From positions 576,001 through 640,000 of the forward strand of contig CAWEMM010000007.1 of assembly GCA_963810095.1 (NCBI GenBank): a stretch of DNA of 64,000 nt, written 5' to 3'. Positions 41,360 to 52,288 of the stretch are shown here, in pieces; position 1 is the stretch's first letter; every line of letters begins with the position of its first letter. This DNA is from an uncultured Chloroflexia bacterium. GTDB lineage: Bacteria > Chloroflexota > Anaerolineae > CG2-30-64-16. The notes beneath the pieces are model-generated. The model was not told where the DNA came from and made no database searches. It was given only the letters and a program-made list of their open reading frames with translations. The position numbers were made by a program, and so were the translations under genes.

Positions 41360-43093
41360 CTACGGTTGGCCCGGGCTGGTCGTCTCTCCCAGCCACTGCG
41401 ATGCGACCTGGACGGCCGCGTTCACTGCGGCTCCGATCTGCGGTTGTGCGACAAACACGTTCTCGGGGCCGAGGACCGCCAGCATTCCGGTCCTGCTCAA
41501 CTGTTCGTACATCTGAGGCGCGACACCGACAAGCATCAGCCGGCCGTCCCGCGCTCTCAACGCGTCGGCATAGCGCTTGAGCACGTTCATGAACGTGCTG
41601 CCCAGCTCGGGCTCGCCGCGTACGATGATCGCAATTGCGGCACGCGTCGACTGGTCCACCTTCGGCAGCATTTCCTCTACACTGCTGGCCGCGGCGAAGA
41701 ACAGGCTGCCGTAGATGTAGAGAAGCGTGAAGCGGTTGCTGGAAGCCTCTTTCGGCGGCGCCTGCTCGATTGGCCACCCGCCCGGCCCGTTCGGCCCGTT
41801 CGGCTGCAGCGCCCACTCGGTGACGACGACCTTGTTCGATGCGCGGATGACGTGCAAGACGATGCTGAGCGCAACGCCCAACAGCACGGCGAACTGCAGC
41901 GAGACGAAGAGCGTGGCGACGAACGTAATGACCATCACCACCGCCGTCACCCGGCCGGTCTTCCACGCAGTGACCGCCTGCTCGATCCGCAACCCCTGGA
42001 AACCGGCGACGATCAGCAGCGCCGCCAGCGCGGGCATGGGCACCCGCTCGACCAACGGCGCGAACAGCAGGACGACGAGTGCGACAAACACGCCGGCGAA
42101 GATGTTCGTCCAGCGCGACTTGGCGCCCGCACCCATGATGAGTGCCGTGCCCGAGATGGATCCGCCGGCCGGAGGTCCGCCGACAAAGCTGGTCGCCAGG
42201 TTGGCCGCACCCTGGCCGAAGAAGTCACGCGAGACGTTGGGAAACTTGCCGTTGGGGTTCGGCGTGCCCTGGCTGACGCCCGCACCCTGGATCAGGCCGA
42301 TGATCGCGAGTGAGAACGCGGGCAGCAGCATGGGCAGGATGAACGACGGGTTGGGCAGCGCAAGACGCGGGAGCGATCTCGGAATGCTGGTGATATCGCC
42401 AACCGTTTGCACTTGCGCGAAGTAGGCGGCCGTCGGCAGCTGGGGGAGCGTCAGGATGGCAAGCAGCAGCGTGGCCGCGCCGATCCCGATGATGAAGGCG
42501 AAGCGCTTCAGGCGCGTTGCCAGCAGCGCGACGATCAGCCCCAGGGTCAGCAGGCCGACGACGGTGGTGGGGACGACGACCTCCGTGGGGTTGAGCAATA
42601 GGTGCAGTGCGCGGACGACGCTGTTCCGGTACGGGCTGCTAAAGCCGGTGAGATCGGCGAGCTGGCCGAGGATGATGAGCACGGCGACGCCGTTGAGAAA
42701 GCCCGTCATTACCGCGTTCGAGACGAAGCGCAGCACGAAGCCGAGCCGGAAGATGCCTGCCAGCAGCTGGATAAGGCCGACGAGAAGCACCATCACGACC
42801 AGCGCTTCCATGCGCTGGGCGGGAGGCACGGCGACCAGGCCGGCGCCCGCGGCCACGGACAGCGCGCTCGTCGTCGACACGTTCATGTACACCGAGCTGG
42901 TGAAAATCGCGCCGACCGGCACCGCGACCATCAGCGTGTAAATCCCGAACACCGGGTTGATCGTGGCCAACAGCGCATGCCCCATCGCCTGGGGCACGTT
43001 CACGACGGCAAACGTGAGCCCGGCGATGAGGTCGGAGACGATATTCGCGCGCTCCGGCTTGAGGTGCTGGGTAGCAGTAGTCAACTGTTGCAT
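41360..43093 (-). CDS. sulP: SulP family anion transporter with STAS domain
   Basis: DLIAGLTFAVVNVPQAM, VSNAVMTGFLNG, GQGAANL, GGSISGT, YGSLFFAAA. Confidence 0.9.
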   Translation of the reverse strand: MQQLTTATQHLKPERANIVSDLIAGLTFAVVNVPQAMGHALLATINPVFGIYTLMVAVPVGAIFTSSVYMNVSTTSALSVAAGAGLVAVPPAQRMEALVVMVLLVGLIQLLAGIFRLGFVLRFVSNAVMTGFLNGVAVLIILGQLADLTGFSSPYRNSVVRALHLLLNPTEVVVPTTVVGLLTLGLIVALLATRLKRFAFIIGIGAATLLLAILTLPQLPTAAYFAQVQTVGDITSIPRSLPRLALPNPSFILPMLLPAFSLAIIGLIQGAGVSQGTPNPNGKFPNVSRDFFGQGAANLATSFVGGPPAGGSISGTALIMGAGAKSRWTNIFAGVFVALVVLLFAPLVERVPMPALAALLIVAGFQGLRIEQAVTAWKTGRVTAVVMVITFVATLFVSLQFAVLLGVALSIVLHVIRASNKVVVTEWALQPNGPNGPGGWPIEQAPPKEASSNRFTLLYIYGSLFFAAASSVEEMLPKVDQSTRAAIAIIVRGEPELGSTFMNVLKRYADALRARDGRLMLVGVAPQMYEQLSRTGMLAVLGPENVFVAQPQIGAAVNAAVQVASQWLGETTSPGQP

Positions 43094-43121
43094 GCCATCA
43101 CCCGTGGGAATAGGTGCGCGA

Positions 43122-43158
43122 CTGACGCTCGCGGTGGCGCCGCCACCGCGAGCGTCAG
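43122..43158. repeat. 17-bp perfect intergenic hairpin (REP-like)
   Basis: CTGACGCTCGCGGTGGC-GCC-GCCACCGCGAGCGTCAG. Confidence 0.6.
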
Positions 43159-43170
43159 CCTGGGTTGCGC

Positions 43171-43560
43171 TTAATTGATCAGCTTGGCCTTCATGGCAGC
43201 GAATTCCTCATCCGTCAGGACGCCTGCTGCCTTAAGCTCACCCAGCTTCTGCAATTGGGCGATCACATCGTCGGTCGCTGCCGGGGCAGGAGCAGCCGCC
43301 GGCGCCTCGGCCGCAACTTCGGCGGGAGCCTGCGCGGCCATTTGTGCGGCTACGGCAGCCGCAGCTGCAGCGTCGATCTGGGCCTGCTGCTCGGCGGCGG
43401 CCTGTTGGGCGGCGGCTTCCTGCGCCGCTTGTTGCTGCGCGGCAGCCTGCTGCTGTGCCGCGGCCTTTTGCTGCTGTGAGCCTGCCACAGCGCCCGAAAC
43501 GACGGTTGCGGTGCCCGCGATGACCGCGGTGCGTCCGATTGTGCGTGCAAGTCTTGGCAT
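43171..43560 (-). CDS. SHOCT domain protein
   Basis: RTAVIAGTATVVSG, Q/A-rich linker, VIAQLQKLGELKAAGVLTDEEFAAMKAKLI; GGAGG RBS. Confidence 0.85.
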   Translation of the reverse strand: MPRLARTIGRTAVIAGTATVVSGAVAGSQQQKAAAQQQAAAQQQAAQEAAAQQAAAEQQAQIDAAAAAAVAAQMAAQAPAEVAAEAPAAAPAPAATDDVIAQLQKLGELKAAGVLTDEEFAAMKAKLIN

Positions 43561-43586
43561 GTCAGTCCTCCATCAGGTATTGGTGT

Positions 43587-43625
43587 GTAGGGGCGCGGCA
43601 TTCTCGAAGAGAATGCCGCGCCCCT
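43587..43625. repeat. GTAG-type REP hairpin
   Basis: GTAGGGGCGCGGCATTCTC-GAA-GAGAATGCCGCGCCCCT. Confidence 0.65.
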
Positions 43626-43631
43626 CCTTGT

Positions 43632-45125
43632 CTAGTGATTAGCGCCCCCGCTGGCGTCTTCAAGCTTCCGCATGACGGCTTCGAGGTTGAACGAGGCCGG
43701 CTTCTGGCGCGGCGGGTACTTTACGAAGTCCTCGATCTGCTGGGCCACCAGCCCCTGCATGCCGTACAGCAGGTAGGCGTGCGAAATGACCCAGTCCCAA
43801 TATGTGTTCGAACTCTCGTCCGCCCGCTCGAACGGGTCACGGCGCAAGTTGAACATCTTGGGTGCGCGCAGCGCCACGAACGGTTCGAACCAGCACGCCA
43901 GCGCGGTCGCGCGCTGTTCCATCAGGACCAGCTTCCAGTCGCCGTGGCGGATGGCCATGATGTCGCCGTCGTCGCTCATGTAGAAGAAGAAGCGGCGCGG
44001 GCTCTCCTTGGCCTCGCCCGTCAAGTAGGGCAGCATGTCGTACCCGTCGATGTGGACCTTGTAGGTCTTGTCGCCGGCCTGGTGCCCTTCGAGCAGCTTG
44101 GCCACGATGTCACCCTCGCCCGCGGCGGCCAGCAGCGTCGGGAGCCAGTCCTGGTGCGTAACGATGCCGTTCAGCACGGTCCCGTCCGCGATCTTGGCTG
44201 GCCAGCGCACAAAGGTTGGCACCCGGAACGCGCCCTCCCAGTTCGTGTTCTTCTCAGAACGGAACGGGGTGATGCCTGCGTCGGGCCAGCTGTTGTAGTG
44301 CACGCCGTTGTCGGTCGAGTACATCACGATCGTGTTCTCGGCAATGCCCAACTCGTCCAGCTTCTCCAGCATCCGGCCAACGTTCTCGTCGTGCGCCACC
44401 ATCACGTCGGCATAGTCGCCCTGCCCGTTGCTCTTGCCCTTGTGCTTCGCGGCCGGGTGGGTGCGGAAGTGCATGGCGGTGGTGTTCCACCAGAGGAAGA
44501 ACGGTTTGTCCGACCGGTGTGCTTCGTCGATGAACCGTAAGGCCTCGTCGGTCACCTCGTCGTCGATCGTCTCCATCCGCTTCTTGGTGAGCGGGCCGGT
44601 GTCCTCGATCCGCTGCCCGCCGTTCCCGTCCGCCCAGCTGTGGATGACCCCCCGAGGTCCGAAGCGCGCCTTGAAGGCCGGGTCCGTCGGATAGTCCGGG
44701 TCCTCCGGCTCCTCCTCGGCGTTCAGGTGGTACAGGTTGCCGAAGAACTCGTCGAAGCCGTGCATCGTGGGCAGAAACTTGTCCTGGTCGCCCAGGTGGT
44801 TCTTGCCGAACTGACCCGTCACGTAGCCGAGCGGTTTGAGCAGCTCGGCAATGGTCGGGTCTTCCGCCTGCAGGCCCAGGTCGGACCCGGGCATGCCGAC
44901 CTTCGTCAAGCCGGTCCGGATGGGGTTCTGGCCGGTGAGAAAGGCCGCCCGACCGGCAGTGCAGCTCTGCTGGCCGTAATAGTCGGTGAAGGCGACGCCC
45001 TCATTCGCAATACGGTCGATGTTGGGGGTCCGGTAGCCCATCTGGCCCCGGCTGTTGTAGCTGATGTTCCACCAGCCGATGTCGTCGCCCCACAGGATGA
45101 GGATGTTAGGCCGCTCTGATGCCAT
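43632..45125 (-). CDS. Arylsulfatase, Cys-type, CxAxR motif
   Basis: PNILILWGDDIG, TPNIDRIA, QSCTAGRAAFLTG, GKNHLGD, STDNG, EKNTNWEGAFRVP; no signal peptide. Confidence 0.95.
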   Translation of the reverse strand: MASERPNILILWGDDIGWWNISYNSRGQMGYRTPNIDRIANEGVAFTDYYGQQSCTAGRAAFLTGQNPIRTGLTKVGMPGSDLGLQAEDPTIAELLKPLGYVTGQFGKNHLGDQDKFLPTMHGFDEFFGNLYHLNAEEEPEDPDYPTDPAFKARFGPRGVIHSWADGNGGQRIEDTGPLTKKRMETIDDEVTDEALRFIDEAHRSDKPFFLWWNTTAMHFRTHPAAKHKGKSNGQGDYADVMVAHDENVGRMLEKLDELGIAENTIVMYSTDNGVHYNSWPDAGITPFRSEKNTNWEGAFRVPTFVRWPAKIADGTVLNGIVTHQDWLPTLLAAAGEGDIVAKLLEGHQAGDKTYKVHIDGYDMLPYLTGEAKESPRRFFFYMSDDGDIMAIRHGDWKLVLMEQRATALACWFEPFVALRAPKMFNLRRDPFERADESSNTYWDWVISHAYLLYGMQGLVAQQIEDFVKYPPRQKPASFNLEAVMRKLEDASGGANH

Positions 45126-45354
45126 ACTTAGCTCCCTTTCTCCGTGATCAGTACTCGAGATGGATTGGCGCCGAAACGTGGATGGGGACGCTGTGCGCGC
45201 CGCTCAGCAGCGCGACCGGGATACCCGCGACCGCGGCGGCGCCACACGCTTTAGGCGCCGAAAGAGCGGGAATTCGAGGGTGAATGACCGTCATATATCG
45301 CTCCGCCTGGCTCGTCTCGAAGCCCACGCGTTCCTGCCATTCGGCGCGGGGCCG

Positions 45355-45594
45355 TCATGCCAGGGCGGGCAGCGACTCGACGAGTATCAGTCGCATGCCC
45401 AGCATGAAGAGCGTGTCGAGCACTCCCTGCAGCGCGGACTGATCGACGATCTGGCCTTCCAGCCGGGTGATGACCACGTCCCCGGACTGCCGCTGCTCGG
45501 ATGCTTCAAAGCCGCCGAGGCATTGTAACCACATGGGATCGAGCACGCCTTCTACCACGATGCGATAGTGGGTCGCCTGTGATGCTTGCCTCAT
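45355..45594 (-). CDS. Small ACT-like hypothetical protein (paralog 2)
   Basis: YRIVVEGVLD..TRLEGQIVDQSALQGVLDTLFMLGMRLILV; divergent from the MalT-like gene. Confidence 0.75.
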   Translation of the reverse strand: MRQASQATHYRIVVEGVLDPMWLQCLGGFEASEQRQSGDVVITRLEGQIVDQSALQGVLDTLFMLGMRLILVESLPALA

Positions 45595-45664
45595 GCTGCC
45601 TTCATCCAAGCAAACAGTATCGTATTCCTTGTCAGCCGGCCCACCGCACGGGGCCATAAGTTAC

Positions 45665-45721
45665 ATTGTATGGCGATCGTGCAGCGATTGATAGACCCTA
45701 AAAAGGGGCTAATAGGGAGCA
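45665..45721 (-). promoter_or_regulatory. Shared activator-type promoter motif, site D (head of the long minus-strand unit)
   Basis: TGCTCC-ctat-TAGCCCC-TTTTTA-GGGT-24 nt-TACAAT. Confidence 0.55.
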
Positions 45722-45877
45722 AGGAATGAGCCCCGGCCCGCCACACCGTCCATGTGAGACAGGCCCATCCTCAGCGTTGTTCTTCGTGCGCCTTGCCCTG
45801 CCGCCCGAGAAGCGTGATATAATGGCGTTCTGTTGCGAGTCCAGCCTCCGCGCACTCACTGGAGCAGCCCGATCGCC

Positions 45878-48610
45878 ATGGCAAAACTGACCGAAGGGCA
45901 GCCAGCGGTGCCCGTGTTGGCCACCAAGCTGCGACGCCCGTCCACTCCCTTGCTTCTGATCGAGCGGCCGCGCCTGCTCGACCAGCTCAGCGCCCACGGT
46001 AACCGCCGGCTGATCCTGATCTCGGCGCCCGCGGGCTACGGCAAGACCGCGCTGGTGAGCCACTGGCTGGGTACGGTGGGCACCCCATACGCCTGGCTAT
46101 CCCTCGACGAGCAGGATAACGAACTCGCCACCTTTGTCCTCTACCTGGCTGCGGCGGTTCGCGGCCCTTGTCCCGGCGCCCTGGACGAGGTCGAGCAGTT
46201 GCTGCGAGCACCCGCACTTCTGCCGCCGGTCCGGCTGGCCGACGCCATTCTGCAGGGCCTCGCCGGGCTGCCCGGAAGCCTAATCCTGGCACTCGACGAC
46301 TATCACGTGATCCGCTCGGCAGAGGTCCACGCACTGATGGCGCGCCTGATCGAGCACCTGCCGCTACACATCCATCTGCTTCTGATTACCCGGGCCGACC
46401 CCCCGCTGCCGCTCGACCGGCTGCGCGGGCGCCAGGAACTGGGCGAGACCCGGGCGGCCGACCTCCGTTTCACTGCTGACGAGGCCCGGCTTCTGCTGCA
46501 ACAAATGCTCGAGCCGGGCATCGGCGACGAAACCCTCACGATTCTCGAGGAGAGCACCGAGGGATGGGCCGTGGGGCTGCATCTTGCCGGGTTGTCGCTG
46601 CGCAACTGGCAGCAGCGCAGCGACGGCGATCCTGTCGTGTTTGCCCGCAAGATCGCGGAGCACGGCCACCAATCCGTCACGGAGTATTTGCTGTCCGAGG
46701 TGCTGGGCGGCCTGCCGCAGGCTCAGGCAGACCGGCTGTTGCAGATATCGCTCTTTGACCGGTTCTGTGCGTCGCTGGTCGACGCGACGCAGACCGCCGG
46801 CGGCTCACAGCTCTCAGGCGACACGTTCCTGCGCGAGATCCGCCGTGCGAATCTCTTCGTCGTGTCGCTCGACGACGAGGGGACGTGGTTCCGCTATCAT
46901 CACTTCTTCCGCGCGCTCCTCCGCGCTCGGCTCGGCCAGCGTTTCTCGGCGGCAGAAATCAGCGCGACGCACGTGCGTGCAGCCGCCTGGTTTCGGGGCC
47001 AGGGGTTCGTTGACGAAGCCGTCGGCCATCTGCTCAAGGCCGGCGAGCCGGTCGCCGCCGCCAGGGTTGTGGAGGAACAGGTGCATCCGGCGCTCGATCG
47101 CGAGGACTGGCGCCAGATCGAGCACTGGATGGTGCTTATCCCAGCAGACGTGGCGGCGACCCGCCCCCGCCTGCTGCTGGCCGAGGGCTGGCTGCACTTG
47201 ATTCGCTGGCAATTCGGCGCGCTTGAGGCGCGTGTTGAGGCTGCCGAGAGCATTCTGCGTGAGGCGCCTGCCGCGAAGAGCGGCGAGGCCATGATGCGGG
47301 GCGAGATTAATGTGCTGCGATCGGCCCTCGCCCAGAACAAGGGCGACTGCCGCTTGACGGTGCAGTTGAGCGAGGCTGGCATGGCGGCACTGCAGCCCCA
47401 GACCGGCTACGCGATCGGGCAGGGGTATTTCAACTACATCTGGGGCTTGCAAACATCCGGCGAGCACGAGCGGGCCGTCGCGTTCGCTCGCCGCCAGCTT
47501 GATTCGTCTGGCTGGCAGGCGCACGGGCTGAACTTGCGGGTGCTCCTGGGCTTGGCGAACATTTGCTACGAGACGGCCGACCTGCCGGGCGTACAAGACC
47601 TCCTGCCCGCGTGGCAGAAGGTCGTGGCGCCGCGAGGGGTCCGCCTCAGCGTGGCCTGGCTGCTGTTTGCCGAGGCGTGGCTCCATTATCAGAGGAATGA
47701 GCTTGCCGCGGCCGATGAAGCCTTCCACCGCCTGGCGGGCGCTGCCTGGTCTGCCCACGGCCGGGCGGTCCTCGACGGACATACCGGGCTGGTGCTGACG
47801 GCGCTGGCGCGGGGGCGTGCAGGCGAAGCGGCAGACCACGTACGCGACCTGAACGAACGGCTGTTGGAACGCCGGATGTTGTCGCTCGCGAGCGTCGCCC
47901 AGTCGCTCGAGCAACGCATCGCACTGGCGGGTGGATCGCCCGGGCGGCTTGACTGGCACCCAGACCCGGGCTCCGGCGCTGTTCCGCCTGACCTGTGGGA
48001 ACAGCCGGTGTTGACCCACGTGCGCACCCTGGTCGCTGCGGGAAGTCCCGACTCGCTCGCAACCGCGTCGGAACTGCTGGCGTACGCCCGAGCGAGGGCA
48101 GCCGATCGCAACTCCAGGCGCAGGCTCATCGAGATCGGCGGGCTGCAGGCGCTCGTGTTTGCGGGGCAAGGGTGCGAGGCTGAAGCGCTTGCCGCGCTCC
48201 AGCAGGCGGTCGAGTGGGCTGCCCCGGGCGGCACGTTGAGGCTGTTGGCCGACTGCGGACCCGGCTTGATCCCGCTGCTGTGCAAGCTGCAAGCCGCGGG
48301 CGTCGCTCCCGATTATATCGAGAAGTTGCTCGGGGCTTGTCAGCCGCCGCTCGGCGGCGAGCCGGCTATCCTGCCCCCGACCCCGCCGACCCCCGCCCCG
48401 GTGCAGCCGGCACCGGCCGACACGCTGACGAACCGCCAGATCGATATCCTCATACTCCTGGCCGACCGGCTCTCGGACAAGGAGATCGCCGAGCGGCTCG
48501 TACTGTCGCCCGTGACCGTCAAGAAGCACACCCAGCGCATCTACGAAAAGCTGGGGGTGCACAGCCGCCGGGCAGCGGTGGCCGAGGCCCGGCGCCTGGG
48601 CCTGATCTAG
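45878..48610 (+). CDS. MalT-like ATP-dependent transcriptional regulator (second paralog)
   Basis: LATKLRRP, APAGYGKTA, LDDYH, TEGWAVGL, FRYHHFF, LTNRQIDIL..KEIAERLVLSPVTVKKHTQRIYEKLGV. Confidence 0.93.
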   Translation: MAKLTEGQPAVPVLATKLRRPSTPLLLIERPRLLDQLSAHGNRRLILISAPAGYGKTALVSHWLGTVGTPYAWLSLDEQDNELATFVLYLAAAVRGPCPGALDEVEQLLRAPALLPPVRLADAILQGLAGLPGSLILALDDYHVIRSAEVHALMARLIEHLPLHIHLLLITRADPPLPLDRLRGRQELGETRAADLRFTADEARLLLQQMLEPGIGDETLTILEESTEGWAVGLHLAGLSLRNWQQRSDGDPVVFARKIAEHGHQSVTEYLLSEVLGGLPQAQADRLLQISLFDRFCASLVDATQTAGGSQLSGDTFLREIRRANLFVVSLDDEGTWFRYHHFFRALLRARLGQRFSAAEISATHVRAAAWFRGQGFVDEAVGHLLKAGEPVAAARVVEEQVHPALDREDWRQIEHWMVLIPADVAATRPRLLLAEGWLHLIRWQFGALEARVEAAESILREAPAAKSGEAMMRGEINVLRSALAQNKGDCRLTVQLSEAGMAALQPQTGYAIGQGYFNYIWGLQTSGEHERAVAFARRQLDSSGWQAHGLNLRVLLGLANICYETADLPGVQDLLPAWQKVVAPRGVRLSVAWLLFAEAWLHYQRNELAAADEAFHRLAGAAWSAHGRAVLDGHTGLVLTALARGRAGEAADHVRDLNERLLERRMLSLASVAQSLEQRIALAGGSPGRLDWHPDPGSGAVPPDLWEQPVLTHVRTLVAAGSPDSLATASELLAYARARAADRNSRRRLIEIGGLQALVFAGQGCEAEALAALQQAVEWAAPGGTLRLLADCGPGLIPLLCKLQAAGVAPDYIEKLLGACQPPLGGEPAILPPTPPTPAPVQPAPADTLTNRQIDILILLADRLSDKEIAERLVLSPVTVKKHTQRIYEKLGVHSRRAAVAEARRLGLI

Positions 48611-48701
48611 GGGACGGCTTCAGCCGCGCCGGACGCAACGGCCGTGGGATCCGAAGCGCCTGGCGGCGCCTCGACCTGCCCTGTGACCTCTTTGGCGGAT
48701 C

Positions 48702-50060
48702 TTACTGCCTGGACCCGTGACACGCCTTGAACTTCTTGCCGTTCCCGCACGGGCACGGATCGTTGCGCCCGCGCTTCGCGTCCTCCGCGGCAACGAGGGC
48801 CATGACCCCGTCCGCATACTTCCCCTGCTGCACCAGGCGTGCCATGGCGCTCATGGTAGGCCGGGTGTGGCTGAAGAAGCCGTACAAGCCCTCACACAGG
48901 TAGTTGTGGCCGGGCTCGCCGTCACGCGAGCTCACGAACCGGTCCTTCGGGCATCCGCCGTGGCATAGGCCGCGTACATCGCACGCCTGGCACTGCGCCG
49001 TCAGCAGATCGCGCTTGTTGTCGCCAAAGCGGCGCTGCGCGGTCGAACTGACTAGCTCGATCATGTGCGTCTCGTTGATGTTGCCGAGAAGAAAGTCGGG
49101 CTCGACGAAGTGATCGCAGGCGTAGAGGTCGCCGTTGTGCTCCAACGCGGGACCGTAGCCGCACGTCGGCGCATGGATGCACAGCAGGTGCTCGCCGAAA
49201 TAGGCGTGAAGCGTCACGTCGAAGAGCTGCACGTACACCTTGCCAACGTCGTGCCGGATCCACTCCTCGTAGATGTCGATGAGGAACCGGCCATACTGCG
49301 CACCACCCACCGACCTCTCGGTGACCAGCGACCCCGTTTGCGTGTAGAGCAGACGCTGTCCACCCGGTCTCTCGCTCCAGCCGAGGTTGGCGACGGGCAA
49401 CGTTTCCTCCGTGGCACGCTCGACGATGGGGATGAACTGCACCCACTCCGCACCGAGCTCATCGCGGAAGAAACGATAGACCTTGCGCCCGTGATGCTGG
49501 TTCGCCGCGTTCACGGTGCACAGGATGTTACAGTCGACCCCGTGCTGGCGCAGGAGTTCCCACCCGCGCATGACCTGCTTGAACGTGCCCTGCCCGCCCT
49601 TGTTCAGGCGGTAGGTGTCGTGGATCTCCTGCGGGCCGTCGACGCTCAACCCGATCAGAAAGTTGTGCTCCTTGAAGAACTCGCACCAGGCGTCGTCCAG
49701 CAGCACGCCGTTGGTCTGAAAGGTGAACTCGAGCTGTTGGCCGGGCCGGCGATGCTGCAACGCCAACTCGACCGATTTCTTGAAGAAGTCGAGCCCCATC
49801 AGCGTCGGCTCGCCGCCTTGCCAGGCAACCGTCACGGTCGGGGTGCGGTGGGCCTCGAGCAGCTGCCGGATATAGTTCTCCAGCGTCCGCTCGGTCATAC
49901 GGCTCTTTTCATTGGGATAAAGCGCTTCCTTCGACAGGAAGAAGCAGTAGGTGCAGTCGAGGTTGCAGGTCGAGCCGCTGGGCTTGACGAGCAGGTGAAA
50001 GCGCGGCGGCGCTTTGGCGAGGGTCGCGGGGTTCAGATCAGCCAGGGTGGGCGAAGTCAT
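48702..50060 (-). CDS. Anaerobic sulfatase maturase (radical SAM/SPASM) with C-terminal SEC-C motif
   Basis: KPSGSTCNLDCTYC, WQGGEPTLMG, QFIPIVE, CIHAPTCG, YACDHFV, CQACDVRGLCHGGCPKDRF, GRNDPCPCGNGKKFKACH. Confidence 0.93.
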   Translation of the reverse strand: MTSPTLADLNPATLAKAPPRFHLLVKPSGSTCNLDCTYCFFLSKEALYPNEKSRMTERTLENYIRQLLEAHRTPTVTVAWQGGEPTLMGLDFFKKSVELALQHRRPGQQLEFTFQTNGVLLDDAWCEFFKEHNFLIGLSVDGPQEIHDTYRLNKGGQGTFKQVMRGWELLRQHGVDCNILCTVNAANQHHGRKVYRFFRDELGAEWVQFIPIVERATEETLPVANLGWSERPGGQRLLYTQTGSLVTERSVGGAQYGRFLIDIYEEWIRHDVGKVYVQLFDVTLHAYFGEHLLCIHAPTCGYGPALEHNGDLYACDHFVEPDFLLGNINETHMIELVSSTAQRRFGDNKRDLLTAQCQACDVRGLCHGGCPKDRFVSSRDGEPGHNYLCEGLYGFFSHTRPTMSAMARLVQQGKYADGVMALVAAEDAKRGRNDPCPCGNGKKFKACHGSRQ

Positions 50061-50225
50061 GTCATCCATCCTCGGAGCGGCAGTGGGCACGTTAGCGCCC
50101 GGCGCCCCGTCGTGGCAGAAGCAGGAGCGTCCTCGCTATTGTAACACACCCCCGGGCGGGGAAGCCCGGCGGCGCAGTTCAAGGAGATTTACAGTGAGTT
50201 GGCTTGGGTCGGCGTCGTTTGGTCG

Positions 50226-50570
50226 TCACCATTGCCGCCAGGCGACGACCAGGGCTCGGTTGACTGCTGCCAGGATGAGCAGGGCGACGCCCGCGGCCGG
50301 TTGGCCGGCCGCCACGAGCGCCAATGCTGCGAGACCGAACAGGCCAGAGGAGGCGGCGACTCCGACCGTGAGGCCGGCCCGGTGAGCCGCCTTGGGAGCG
50401 AGGTACCGGCCCCACACGACGATCACGGCCAGCGGCACGCCGATCGCCAGCAGCCACCGCACCCACGGATTGGCCGTGGCATGAAAGCCCCAATAGGCGA
50501 AGGCCGCAAGCGTGGCGACCTCCAGCAGGAACGACAGCGCGACGTTGATCTGTTTCACATCCCACTCCAC
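50226..50570 (-). CDS. YrdB (DUF2568) family membrane protein
   Basis: NVALSFLLEV..FAYWG..VWGRYLAPKA..VNRAL. Confidence 0.8.
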   Translation of the reverse strand: MEWDVKQINVALSFLLEVATLAAFAYWGFHATANPWVRWLLAIGVPLAVIVVWGRYLAPKAAHRAGLTVGVAASSGLFGLAALALVAAGQPAAGVALLILAAVNRALVVAWRQW

Positions 50571-50712
50571 GTCCCGGCACTAATGACGAACTCTCGCACG
50601 CACACCTGAGGATTCCTTCGGCTGTGTCAGTATTGCATTCGCCAGTATAGCCGAAAGAACGTGAGCGGACGAGAAGTGGCTCCGTGCCCGATCCCTCTGC
50701 CTTGCGTACGAC

Positions 50713-52151
50713 TCAGGCCGCGTCGAGCGCGTCATACGGATAGGCCCGGCGCCACACTGGCGCGCTTACGCTGATACCGTAGCTTTTCTCGGTGCGCTGC
50801 ACAAGCGCGCGGGCCCTTTCGTTCGCACAGCGGGTCAACTCGTCACAATCCACCCCAAGCAGTTCGCCACGCTCGACCCGCACCGCCCCGTTCACGATCG
50901 ACAGGTCGACCCGGTCGACATCGCACAATACGAGCCCGGCGACCGGGTCGTGCACGCCGCCCGCGAATGCGAGCCGGCGAGTATCCACGCCGATAATGTC
51001 GGCCGCCTTCCCGGGGGCGAGAACGCCGATGTCGTCGCGGCGGAGGACAGCGCGCGCCGCCGAGGATCGCAATCTCCAGGGCTTGCGTGGGCGAGAGGGC
51101 GTCGGCCCCGAAGAATGCCCGCTGCATCAGGAGGGCGTTGCGCGCTTCACGCAGGAGGTGCGAAGAGTTGTTCGCCGCGCTGCCGTCCACGCCAAGACCG
51201 ATCGTGAAGCCGCCTTGCCTGAGCATCGGGGCCACCCGGCACACATGCGCTGCCGTGTACATGTTCGAGTTCGGGCAGTTGCAGATCCCCGTCCCGGTCC
51301 GCCGGACGATCTCCGTCTCGCGCTCGTCCAGCATGGTGGCGTGCGCATACCACACGTCGGGCCCCACCCAACCGAACTTCTCCGCGACCTCCACCGAACG
51401 CATGCCATACCGTTCGCGCACCCAGCGCTCCTCGTCCGGCGCTTCGGCCATGTGAGTGTGGTTGCCGATCCCGTATTGACGTGCCAACGCAATGCTTTCG
51501 CGCCACAGCCGTTCGCTCACTGCAAAGAGCGAAGAGGGTGCGTTCTCGATTCGCACCATGCCGCCCGGACCAAACTCGTGATAGGTCTTGATCAGGCGCT
51601 CGGTATCGGCCAGGATGTCGTCGATCCGCTCGGTGGTGTGATCCAGCGGGGTCGCGCCGTCCTTCTGGCCCAGGTCATGGCTGCCGCGCGCCAGATGGAA
51701 GCGGATCCCCATCTCTTGCGCCGCTCGAATCTCCGTGTCGTGCTGCATGTCGTTGACCTTGATGTAGTTGTGGTCGACGGCCGTCGTGCAACCCGAGAGC
51801 AGCAGCTCGGCGATGTTGAGTCTTCGCAGCGTAGTAAAGGTCCTCGTCCCGCACCTCGCTCATCAGGAAGCTCATGTCCCGAATCCACGTGAAGAGCGAG
51901 ACGTCCTGCAGGCTCGGCACGTTCTTCAGCAGGGCCTGGAAGAAGTGGTGGTGCAGGTTGACCAGGCCGGGGAGAACGACATAGCCAGACAAGGTCAGGC
52001 GCCGGTCGACCGGTTCGCCCTCGTACCGCCGGTCGCCGAGCGCCGCGATGCGTTGTTGTCCTCCACCAGCAGCCAGGCATTCTTCAGAACCCGGCGCTGC
52101 TCGTCGAATGTGGCCAAGGTGTCGAATGCCTTCCAAAAGCAGGGTCGTCAT
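50713..52151 (-). CDS. Amidohydrolase, 8-oxoguanine deaminase/AtzB-like (multiple frameshifts)
   Basis: PGLVNLHHHFFQ, HTHMAE, VWYAHA, CPNSNM, GLGVDGSAANN and GVLAPGKAAD spread over ORFs 51675..52151, 50843..51748 and 50713..51072. Confidence 0.85.
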
Positions 52152-52199
52152 GTCGCTCTCCCTTTCTGTGTGGATGGCTTGAGACGTCGCGATTCCCTA

Positions 52200-52285
52200 T
52201 TGACAAGGGCCTAGCTGTCTGCTATAGTTACCACAAAATAGGTCTGACGTCAAGCCTCTGACCTATCTGGTTCGCCGGTCTGACG
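52200..52285 (+). promoter_or_regulatory. Sigma70 promoter followed by probable GntR operator sites
   Basis: TTGACA(52200)-17 nt-TATAGT(52223); ATAGGTCTGAC..TCTGACCTAT inverted pair (52238-52266) and another GGTCTGAC at 52277. Confidence 0.7.
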
Positions 52286-52288
52286 AGA